From contig CAZXNX010000002.1 of assembly GCA_964642225.1 (NCBI GenBank), positions 1 to 29,665 of the forward strand: 29,665 bases of DNA, read 5' to 3'. Both the position numbers and the translations under genes were made by a program. Below, piece after piece: positions 17,489-24,843 of the stretch. Numbering within the stretch: the stretch's first letter is position 1; every line of letters starts with the position of its first letter. This DNA is from an uncultured Solirubrobacteraceae bacterium (GTDB taxonomy: Bacteria; Actinomycetota; Thermoleophilia; Solirubrobacterales; Solirubrobacteraceae). The notes beneath the pieces were generated by a model. That model was not told the DNA's origin. It did no database searches and saw only the letters and a list, made by a program, of their open reading frames with translations.

Positions 17489-17932
17489 ATGTTTGCCTCC
17501 CTGCACCTCTTCGACATCGCGCTCGCGCTCCACATCATCGGCGTGGTCGCCGGGTTCGGCCTGGTGCTCGTCGCACCGCTGGTGGTTCCGGCCGCCCGCC
17601 GCGCCGGGGCCGGCTCCGGCAGCTCCATCGCCGCGCTGCAGCTCGCGGTCTCCCGCATCGCGGTGCGCTGGGGCGGCCTGCTGGTCCTCGTCAGCGGCAT
17701 CTACCTCGCCAGCAAGCTCGACGTGTTCAGCGAGTGGTGGGTGAGCCTGCCGTTCGTCGTGATCATCGTGATCCTCGGCGTCAACGACGGGTTCCTGGGG
17801 CCGAAGTACAAGCTCCTGGTCGAGAACCCCGAGGACGAGGTGGTGCTGGGTCAGACGCGCGCGGGAGAGCTGGTGCTCGCCGGGCTGGTGCTGCTGGCGA
17901 TCCTGTCGATGGTCCTCGGCCCGCTGCTCTGA
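17489..17932 (+). CDS. DUF2269-like 4-TM membrane protein (copy 2)
   Basis: ALHI, GIYLAS, WWV, terminal SMVLGP; aligns by eye with 12876-13346; TAGGCT -10 8 nt upstream. Confidence 0.75.
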   Translation: MFASLHLFDIALALHIIGVVAGFGLVLVAPLVVPAARRAGAGSGSSIAALQLAVSRIAVRWGGLLVLVSGIYLASKLDVFSEWWVSLPFVVIIVILGVNDGFLGPKYKLLVENPEDEVVLGQTRAGELVLAGLVLLAILSMVLGPLL

Positions 17933-18019
17933 GCGGGCCGGTCGGGCGGACCCGTGCAGGCGCCATAACCCGCCGGATCGGGCAGGAACGGGTGGGCCGG
18001 GCGTCGAAACCGAAGGCCG

Positions 18020-18694
18020 ATGGATGACCTGAGCGCACAGCGCACCCTCGTGAAGTCGCCCCCGGAGTTGTGGGCGGAGATCAGCGATATCGAGTCCCTC
18101 GCCCGTCGTCTGGGCGAGTTCGGCGAGATTCGGATCACCCAGCTGGAGCCTGAGACCACCGTCGCCTGGGAGGGCGATCGCATCCGCGGAACGGTGACGC
18201 TCAAGCCTTCAGGCTGGGGGACGAAGGTGACGCTGGCCGCGGAACTCGACGAGATCATCGTCGCCGCGGTGGAAGAGGTCGTCGTCGTCGAAGAGGCAGT
18301 CGTCGAAGAGGACGAGCCGGTGGTCGAGGCAGCACCCGAGGTGGAGCCCGAGGCCGAATCGGTCATCGAGGCGGAGCCCCAGGGTGCGGCCGAGGAGCCG
18401 GTGAAGGTCGGCTTCTGGAAGCGGCTCTTCGGGCGCAAGGCGCCGCCGGCGCAGGAGCCTGAGGCCGTCATCGCGGAGCCGGAGCCCGTCGTGGAGCCCG
18501 AGCCCGTGGTGGAACCGGAGCCGGAGCCCGTCTTGGTGGCCGAGCCCGAGCCGGAACCCGAGCCCGAGCCGGAGCCGGTCGTCGTGGTGCCCGAGCCGGA
18601 GCCGGTCATGGACGGCGCCGCCGCCCAGGCCGTGCTCGTCAAGGTCCTGGACGACCTCGGCGCCGCGCACCACCGCCCGTTCTCGCGCGGCTAG
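18020..18694 (+). CDS. Hypothetical protein: SRPBCC/START-like N-terminus, long acidic Glu/Pro linker, C-terminal helix
   Basis: [15 protein letters not shown]...[16 protein letters not shown]; EPEP-rich low complexity; ends [16 protein letters not shown]. Confidence 0.7.
   Translation: MDDLSAQRTLVKSPPELWAEISDIESLARRLGEFGEIRITQLEPETTVAWEGDRIRGTVTLKPSGWGTKVTLAAELDEIIVAAVEEVVVVEEAVVEEDEPVVEAAPEVEPEAESVIEAEPQGAAEEPVKVGFWKRLFGRKAPPAQEPEAVIAEPEPVVEPEPVVEPEPEPVLVAEPEPEPEPEPEPVVVVPEPEPVMDGAAAQAVLVKVLDDLGAAHHRPFSRG
18455..18607 (+). repeat. Coding (EP)n / EPEPVV low-complexity repeats
   Basis: Repeated GAGCCG/GAGCCC units encoding [18 protein letters not shown]...[12 protein letters not shown]. Confidence 0.85.
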
Positions 18695-18718
18695 CGCGTC
18701 AGAACGGACGTGGGCGCG

Positions 18719-18734
18719 AGGGCATCCTTGCCCT
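18719..18734. terminator. Short hairpin between convergent genes
   Basis: AGGGCA-TCCT-TGCCCT. Confidence 0.3.
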
Positions 18735-18737
18735 TGC

Positions 18738-19100
18738 TCAGCTGACGCTCCACGTCGAGCTGAACGACTGACCGCTGTTGGAATCGTTGGTGCAGGTCGT
18801 GGAGACACTGCGTCCCGAGACGCGCTGCCTGCAGGTCCAGCCCGCCCACTTGTTGGTCCGGTAGACCGAGTTCAGGCCCTCGGTCGCCTTGGCGCAGTCG
18901 ATGCCCACCGCGCTGAAGGACTGGAACGTCGTCCCGTTGATCCTGGGCGGCGTGCACGACTGGTACGCGGTGCCCCCGAGCTTGCCGTCCGGCACGGTGG
19001 CGGTCTTGGTCGAGCTGGAGCCCGAGCCCGAGTCGCCGCACGCGGCCAGGAGGGCGGCGCAGAGCAGGATGGATGTGAGTGCGGCGGCGGTCTTGCGCAT
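18738..19100 (-). CDS. Small lipoprotein, 120 aa, four further Cys
   Basis: MRKTAAALTSILLCAALLAA-C lipobox, Ser/Gly linker, SD GGGAGA. Confidence 0.8.
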   Translation of the reverse strand: MRKTAAALTSILLCAALLAACGDSGSGSSSTKTATVPDGKLGGTAYQSCTPPRINGTTFQSFSAVGIDCAKATEGLNSVYRTNKWAGWTCRQRVSGRSVSTTCTNDSNSGQSFSSTWSVS

Positions 19101-19134
19101 GGTCTCTCCCAGAGGAACGAAGCGGATGCGATGC

Positions 19135-19168
19135 AACGTAACGCGCCAACCTGGGAAGAAGCTGGGAA
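19135..19168 (-). promoter_or_regulatory. Lipoprotein promoter: TACGTT -10 with TTCCCAG-N4-TTCCCAG direct repeat replacing -35
   Basis: CTGGGAA at 19151 and 19162 (11-bp period), 10 nt from the -10 at 19140-19135. Confidence 0.5.
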
Positions 19169-19202
19169 CCGCGCGGGGTGCGGGGCACGTGCATTTCCCG
19201 CG

Positions 19203-19240
19203 TGCTAGCCGGTGCTAGGAAATTGCTAGCGGGGGCTAGC
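19203..19240. promoter_or_regulatory. Four helically phased GCTAG boxes (candidate operator array)
   Basis: GCTAG at 19204, 19214, 19225, 19235. Confidence 0.6.
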
Positions 19241-19348
19241 GGGGCGAAATGGGACACCACCCGCGGCGGGGCTCGGTCGGGGCGGCGGGCGCGGCGCGGC
19301 GCATCTGACTGCCGGTCAAACGCCAGTCGCCATACACTTCTGCGCCCC

Positions 19349-20920
19349 ATGACCCACCGTGAGAAGTCCCCCGAAACGTACGAGGAGAAGCTCGCCCAGC
19401 TCCAGGAGCTGCGCCAGCAGGCCATGCACTCCTCGCCCGAGGCCGAGGAGAAGCAGCACGCCAAGGGCAAGTACACGGCCCGCGAGCGGATCGAGAAGCT
19501 GCTGGACCCGGGCTCCTTCCAGGAGCTGGACACCTTCGTCCGCCACCGCACGTTCGACTTCGACATGCAGAAGCAGCGGCCGTGGGGCGACGCCGTGGTC
19601 ACGGGCTACGGGACGATCGAGGGCCGCAAGGTCTGCGTCTTCAGCCAGGACTTCACCGTCTTCGGCGGCTCCCTCGGCGAGGTCATGGCCGAGAAGATGT
19701 GCAAGATCATGGATCTGGCCGCCAAGATCGGCTGCCCGGTCATCGGCATCAACGACTCGGGCGGCGCGCGGATCCAGGAGGGCGTCGTCTCCCTCGGCGC
19801 CTACGGCGACGTGTTCGTGCGCAACGTGAAGTGCTCGGGCGTCATCCCGCAGATCAGCCTCATCATGGGACCGTGCGCCGGCGGCGCCGTCTACTCCCCC
19901 GCGATCACCGACTTCATCTTCATGGTGAAGGAGACCTCGCACATGTTCATCACGGGCCCCGACGTGATCAAGACGGTCACGGGCGAGGAGGTCGGGTTCG
20001 AGGAGCTCGGCGGCGCGATGACGCACAACACCAAGTCCGGCGTGGCGCACTTCGCCTCCGACGACGAGGACCAGTGCATCGAGGACACGCGCTACCTCTT
20101 CAGCTTCCTGCCCTCCAACAACCTGGAGATGCCGCCGCGGGTCATGCCGTCGGACGATCCCCAGCGGATGGACGAGGAACTGGACAGCGTCGTCCCGGAC
20201 AACCCGACCAAGCCGTACGACATGCGCGACGTGATCCGCCTGATCGTCGACGACGGCGAGTTCTTCGAGGTGCACGAGCACCACGCCACCAACATCATCT
20301 GCGGCTTCAGCCGGCTCAACGGCTACGCGGTCGGCGTGGTCGGCAACCAGCCCAAGTCGATGGCGGGCGTGCTGGACATCGACGCCTCCGCCAAGGCCGC
20401 GCGGTTCGTGCGCACCTGCGACGCGTTCAACATCCCGATCCTCACCATGTGCGACGTCCCCGGCTTCCTGCCCGGCACCGCGCAGGAGTGGAACGGCATC
20501 ATCCGCCACGGCGCCAAGCTGCTCTACGCCTACACCGAGGCGACGGTGCCGAAGATCACCATCGTCACCCGCAAGGCCTACGGCGGCGCCTACGACGTCA
20601 TGGCCTCCAAGCACCTGCTGGCCGACTTCAACTTCGCGTGGCCGACCGCGGAGGTCGCGGTCATGGGCCCCGAGGGCGCGGTCAACATCATCTACCGGCG
20701 CGACCTGGCCGGCAGCCCGACGCCCGAGACCCGGCGCCAGACGCTGATGGACGACTACAAGGCCCGCTTCGCCAACCCGTACTCGGCGGCCGAGCGCGGC
20801 TACATCGACGACGTGATCATCCCGCACGAGACGCGGCCGAAGGTCATCTCGGCGCTGGAGACCCTGCTCACCAAGCGCGAGCCCGGGCCCAAGCGCAAGC
20901 ACGGCAACATCCCGCTGTAG
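19349..20920 (+). CDS. pccB: Propionyl-CoA carboxylase beta (carboxyltransferase) subunit
   Basis: [56 protein letters not shown]; TACACT -10 at 19333-19338. Confidence 0.92.
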   Translation: MTHREKSPETYEEKLAQLQELRQQAMHSSPEAEEKQHAKGKYTARERIEKLLDPGSFQELDTFVRHRTFDFDMQKQRPWGDAVVTGYGTIEGRKVCVFSQDFTVFGGSLGEVMAEKMCKIMDLAAKIGCPVIGINDSGGARIQEGVVSLGAYGDVFVRNVKCSGVIPQISLIMGPCAGGAVYSPAITDFIFMVKETSHMFITGPDVIKTVTGEEVGFEELGGAMTHNTKSGVAHFASDDEDQCIEDTRYLFSFLPSNNLEMPPRVMPSDDPQRMDEELDSVVPDNPTKPYDMRDVIRLIVDDGEFFEVHEHHATNIICGFSRLNGYAVGVVGNQPKSMAGVLDIDASAKAARFVRTCDAFNIPILTMCDVPGFLPGTAQEWNGIIRHGAKLLYAYTEATVPKITIVTRKAYGGAYDVMASKHLLADFNFAWPTAEVAVMGPEGAVNIIYRRDLAGSPTPETRRQTLMDDYKARFANPYSAAERGYIDDVIIPHETRPKVISALETLLTKREPGPKRKHGNIPL

Positions 20921-20925
20921 GACGG

Positions 20926-20948
20926 GGCGCGCGAGGGCGCGCCGCTTT
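20926..20948 (+). terminator. Probable intrinsic terminator of pccB
   Basis: GGCGCGC-GAGG-GCGCGCC followed by GCTTT. Confidence 0.55.
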
Positions 20949-20988
20949 CACACAACTGCCACACGGGCTCCGCCAATCCCGGTACGGT
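20947..20988 (+). promoter_or_regulatory. PHO-box-like direct repeat and -10 of phoD
   Basis: TTCACAC-AACT-GCCACAC (11-bp period); second unit at the -35 position of TACGGT (20983-20988). Confidence 0.5.
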
Positions 20989-21038
20989 CACGTCCGTGCG
21001 CGTCTTGCGCACGTTCGATCGTTCAGGGGGAGCCTGCT

Positions 21039-22676
21039 TTGTCCGTTTCGCGTCGTCAGTTCGTCACCGCCGCCGGAGGCGTCACCGCGGCCGCGGTCCT
21101 CGCGCCGCAGTCGCTCGCCCTCGGGGCGCCGCGCGGCTCGGCCGCCAAGCTGCTCAAGAGCGGCACCTTCGCCGACGGCATCGCCTCGGGCGACCCCACC
21201 ACCAAGTCGATCGTCCTGTGGACCCGGCTGGACGGCGCCAGCGGCACCGGCCAGGTCGAGCTGGAGGTGGCCACGGACAAGGCCTTCCGCAAGGTCGTCG
21301 CCCGCTCCAAGATCACCACGAACGAGAAGGTCAACCACGCCGTCAAGGCGCAGGTCACCAAGCTCAAGCCGCACGAGCAGTACTACTACCGCTTCGCGAC
21401 CGGCAAGAAGGACTCGCCGGTCGGCCGCTTCCGCACCTCGCTGCCGGCGGACTCCAAGGAGACGGTGAAGTTCGCCTTCTTCTCCTGTGCCGACTACACG
21501 CACGGGTGGTACAACGCCTACGAGCACATGGCCGGCCAGGACCTGGACTTCATCGTCTGCCTGGGCGACTACATCTACGACGAGAGCTACCACTCGATCG
21601 CCGACACCACCGGTGTCCGCGACGACAAGATCGGGTCACAGACCGGCAACGCCCTCTCGGCGATCACGCTGGCCGACTACCGCAAGAAGTACTCGCTCTA
21701 CCGCTCCGACAAGAGCCTGCGCAAGATCCACCAGAACTTCCCGATGGTCACCACCTGGGACGACCACGAGGTGATGGACAACTACGCGGGCAAGCCGGCC
21801 GACGGCGGCCTCCCGGCCAGCTACCTGTACTCGGCCAAGCGCAAGGCGGCCGGCTACCAGGCGTTCGCCGAGGCGATGCCGACCTACGGCGCCAAGAGCA
21901 GCGGCTCCGGCGTGGGGATCAAGGGCAACAAGATCTACCGCAAGCTGTCGTTCGGCAAGAACGTCGACCTGTTCGTGATGGACCAGCGCCAGTACCGCGA
22001 CAACCAGCCGTGTGACGACGCGGTCGCCGCGCCGTGCGGCGACTGGACGATGAACCGCGACTTCCTGGGCCAGACGCAGATGTCCTGGCTGAAGAAGGAG
22101 CTGAGCGCGTCCAAGGCCAACTGGAAGGTCATGGCCAACGAGCTGATGATCATGCCGACGAAGGTCCTCGGCGGCTCGTTCTTCACCTTCGACTCCTGGC
22201 AGGGCTACCCGAGCGAGCGGCTCGAGCTGCTCAACCACATCAAGGACAAGGGCATCAAGGACGTCGTCTTCGTCACCGGCGACATCCACACGTTCATCGC
22301 CGGCGCGGTCCAGGAGGGCTACGACGGAGCGGGCGCCCCGATCGCCACCGAGTTCGTCGGCGGCTCCATCACGTCCGCCGGCCTCGGCGAGACGAACCTG
22401 GACGCGGGCGGTGGGGTGACCATCACGGGCAACGACCAGAACCCGAACACGTCGCCGGCGCTGATCGACTCGCTGCGGGGCCTTAACCCGTGGGTCGACG
22501 TCGCCGACTTCGACCACCACGGCTACGGCCTGGTCGAGGCGAGCGCCACCACGTTCGACTGCGAGCTCGTGCGCCTGCAGACGATCAAGCAGAAGACGAC
22601 CAAGACGCTCGACTCCAAGGGCTGGCACTGGAAGCTCCCGCGCGGGGCGACCGGCACGAAGGGCCACGAAGCCTGA
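21039..22676 (+). CDS. phoD: Alkaline phosphatase D family, Tat-exported
   Basis: TTG start with SD AGGGGGAG; Tat motif SRRQFV; FADGIASGDP, LGDYIYDE, WDDHEV, DQRQYRD, DSWQGY, TGDIH. Confidence 0.95.
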   Translation: MSVSRRQFVTAAGGVTAAAVLAPQSLALGAPRGSAAKLLKSGTFADGIASGDPTTKSIVLWTRLDGASGTGQVELEVATDKAFRKVVARSKITTNEKVNHAVKAQVTKLKPHEQYYYRFATGKKDSPVGRFRTSLPADSKETVKFAFFSCADYTHGWYNAYEHMAGQDLDFIVCLGDYIYDESYHSIADTTGVRDDKIGSQTGNALSAITLADYRKKYSLYRSDKSLRKIHQNFPMVTTWDDHEVMDNYAGKPADGGLPASYLYSAKRKAAGYQAFAEAMPTYGAKSSGSGVGIKGNKIYRKLSFGKNVDLFVMDQRQYRDNQPCDDAVAAPCGDWTMNRDFLGQTQMSWLKKELSASKANWKVMANELMIMPTKVLGGSFFTFDSWQGYPSERLELLNHIKDKGIKDVVFVTGDIHTFIAGAVQEGYDGAGAPIATEFVGGSITSAGLGETNLDAGGGVTITGNDQNPNTSPALIDSLRGLNPWVDVADFDHHGYGLVEASATTFDCELVRLQTIKQKTTKTLDSKGWHWKLPRGATGTKGHEA

Positions 22677-22688
22677 GAGGATCGGAGG

Positions 22689-23567
22689 ATGATTCGATCC
22701 TCCTCCGCGCGCCCGGCGAGCCTCGTGCTCGCCGGCGCCGCGCTTCTCGCCCTCGTCTTCCCGCTCGCCGCCAGCGCGGCGACCAAGACGCCCACGGTCT
22801 GGGCCCACCGCGGCGGCGCGTACGTCAACGGCAAGGCCAAGTACCCCGAGGACACGATGCCCGCGTTCCTCAACGCGGCCAAGCACAAGGTCCCGCTGGA
22901 GTTCGACGTCGTCCTGACCAAGGACCTCGTGCCGCTCGTCATCCACGACGAGACGCTCGACCGCACCACGGTCTGCACCGGCAAGGTCCGCGACAAGACG
23001 TACGCGGACATCAAGGCCAACTGCAAGACCGACGTCCTGGGCTACCCGGGCAACGACGCCGGGCTGCCGGTCAAGACGACCAAGGCCACCGTGTCGCTGT
23101 CGACGCTGCCCCAGGTGCTCGCCGTCGCCAAGAAGTACAAGGTGCCGGTCTCCCCGGAGCTGAAGGAGTTCGCGCCCTCCGGTGATAGCGCCAAGGCGAT
23201 GGCTACGGCCATCAAGAAGTCCAAGATCGGCAACAAGAACGTGATCGTCCAGAGCTTCCTGCCGCCCATGCTGACGCTGTTCCAGGCGCAGGCGCCGGGC
23301 GTCCCGACCTCGCAGCTGACGATCGCCGCCACCGACGGCGCCATCGATCTGGCCACGGGCAGCAAGGCGACGTGGTTCTCGCCGCAGTTCCTCGCCACCA
23401 TGGACGCGTCGCTCGTGGCCAAGGCCAAGGCCAAGGGGCTGAAGGTGACCACGTGGACGCTGGACAAGGCCGCCGACGTCAAGCGGGCCAAGACCACCGG
23501 CGTGGACGCGATCATCACCGACGATCCGGCCATGGCCTACAAGGCGCTCGGCAAGAAGCTGAAGTAG
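22689..23567 (+). CDS. glpQ: Secreted glycerophosphodiester phosphodiesterase (GDPD)
   Basis: Signal peptide; AHRGG, PEDT, EFDV, IHDETLDRTT, ELK, IITDDP. Confidence 0.9.
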   Translation: MIRSSSARPASLVLAGAALLALVFPLAASAATKTPTVWAHRGGAYVNGKAKYPEDTMPAFLNAAKHKVPLEFDVVLTKDLVPLVIHDETLDRTTVCTGKVRDKTYADIKANCKTDVLGYPGNDAGLPVKTTKATVSLSTLPQVLAVAKKYKVPVSPELKEFAPSGDSAKAMATAIKKSKIGNKNVIVQSFLPPMLTLFQAQAPGVPTSQLTIAATDGAIDLATGSKATWFSPQFLATMDASLVAKAKAKGLKVTTWTLDKAADVKRAKTTGVDAIITDDPAMAYKALGKKLK

Positions 23568-23568
23568 C

Positions 23569-24522
23569 TCAGAGGGTGACGACGGGCGCCTGCAGGCGCC
23601 CGTCGCGCCACGCCGCCAGGGCGGCGCCGGCCACGGCCAGGTCCTGGATGGCCAGGCCGGTCGAGTCGAACAGCGTCGTTACCTCGTCGTCGGGGCGCCC
23701 GGGCGCGTCGCCGGCGAGCACGGCGCCCAGGTCGGTGACCTGCTCCTGGCGCACGCGTCCCTGCTCGACCGCGCCGGTGAGCTCGCCGCCGTGGCTGGCC
23801 TGGGCCCACTCGTCGCAGAACAGGGTGCAGGCGATGACCGCGTCGATGACCGCCTCGGCCTTGCCGGGGCCGTCGGCGCCGAGCATGTTGAGGTGCTGGC
23901 CGGGGCGCAGGTCGCTGCGGCCGACGACGCGCTCGTGGCCGGGCGTCACGCAGCAGACGATCTCCTGGGCGACGGCCTCCTCGCGGGTGCCGACCCGCCA
24001 CCCCAGCTCGTCGGCCAGCGCCTGGGCGGCCTCGGCGCGCGGGTCGAAGCAGACGCCGGGGCCGTAGCCGTCGGCGGCCAGGCAGCGGGCCGTCCACGCA
24101 CCGTGCAGGCCGCAGCCGAGGATGCCGACCGTGGTGGCGCCCTCGCGCGCGAGCGCGCGGGCGGCCACGGCGGCCACCGCGCCGGTCCGCAGGGCGGTCA
24201 CGGAGCGGGCGTCGATGAGGGCCAGCGGCTCGGAGGTGGCGGCGTCCGACAGGCAGATCACGCCCATCACGGTCGGCAGCGGCTCGGGGCGCGCCGGGTT
24301 GCCCGGGAAGGAGGAGATCCACTTGAGCATCGCCAGGTCGCCGCCGAGCGCGGGCATCGCACGGAAGTCGCCGTGGCCGGGGACCTCCAGGTAGAGCTTG
24401 GACGGCATCGTCCACTCGCCGCGGTGGTGGCGCAGGAACGCCTCGCGGGTGGCCTCGATCGCCTGCCGGGGCGAGATCGCGGCCAGGACGGCATCGTGGC
24501 CGAGGACGGGGAGATCGGGCAT
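23569..24522 (-). CDS. Ornithine cyclodeaminase/mu-crystallin family protein
   Basis: MPSK, FRAMPA, KWISSFPGN, TALRTGA, GCGLHG, GADGPGKAE, TLFDSTGLAIQDLA; start ATG 24522. Confidence 0.9.
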   Translation of the reverse strand: MPDLPVLGHDAVLAAISPRQAIEATREAFLRHHRGEWTMPSKLYLEVPGHGDFRAMPALGGDLAMLKWISSFPGNPARPEPLPTVMGVICLSDAATSEPLALIDARSVTALRTGAVAAVAARALAREGATTVGILGCGLHGAWTARCLAADGYGPGVCFDPRAEAAQALADELGWRVGTREEAVAQEIVCCVTPGHERVVGRSDLRPGQHLNMLGADGPGKAEAVIDAVIACTLFCDEWAQASHGGELTGAVEQGRVRQEQVTDLGAVLAGDAPGRPDDEVTTLFDSTGLAIQDLAVAGAALAAWRDGRLQAPVVTL

Positions 24523-24550
24523 GAGGCCCGTGACGATACCCTTCCGCCCG
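24523..24550. promoter_or_regulatory. Bidirectional promoter with overlapping -10 hexamers
   Basis: Only 28 bp between divergent ATGs; TACCCT (+, 24537-24542) and TATCGT (-, 24538-24533). Confidence 0.55.
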
Positions 24551-24784
24551 ATGCCGAATCGCCGCCCGCAGCTGCAGATCATCGCGCCGTCCGCCTCACC
24601 CGAGGAGGCCGCGGCGCTGGCCGCCGCGCTCGAGCAGTTCCTGCGCGACACCACCCCGCCGCTCGCCGCCGAGGCGCCGCGGCAGAGCCCGTGGCTGCGC
24701 GCCGCCCTGCGCGAGCAGACCGGCCGCGAGCCGGACGGGATCGGCGGCGTGTCCTACGCCTGGGGCGACCCCGACCCCTCCTGA
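24551..24784 (+). CDS. Acyl-CoA carboxylase epsilon subunit-like small protein, 77 aa
   Basis: LQIIAPSASPEEAAALAAALE...SPWLRAALRE matches the epsilon pattern (hydrophobic strand, P-EE-AA helix, S-W); pccB is 3.6 kb upstream. Confidence 0.65.
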   Translation: MPNRRPQLQIIAPSASPEEAAALAAALEQFLRDTTPPLAAEAPRQSPWLRAALREQTGREPDGIGGVSYAWGDPDPS

Positions 24785-24791
24785 CACAGCA

Positions 24792-24841
24792 CGACGAGTG
24801 GCGCGTTATCCGCGCATAGCGCGACTTACGCGCCTCTCGTC
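24792..24841. terminator. 50-nt near-perfect hairpin between convergent genes (bidirectional terminator or REP-like element)
   Basis: CGACGAGTGGCGCGTTA vs TTACGCGCCTCTCGTCG (15/17), inner CGCGC-ATA-GCGCG. Confidence 0.7.
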
Positions 24842-24843
24842 GA

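Noticed and set aside
17985-18010. GGAAC...CGTC ECF-sigma promoter before the SRPBCC-like gene
   Set aside because: Spacer is 12 nt instead of 16-17.
5831-18607. Tandem repeats as CRISPR or mobile-element ends
   Set aside because: They are in-frame coding repeats without spacers; no cas, transposase or integrase genes in the window.
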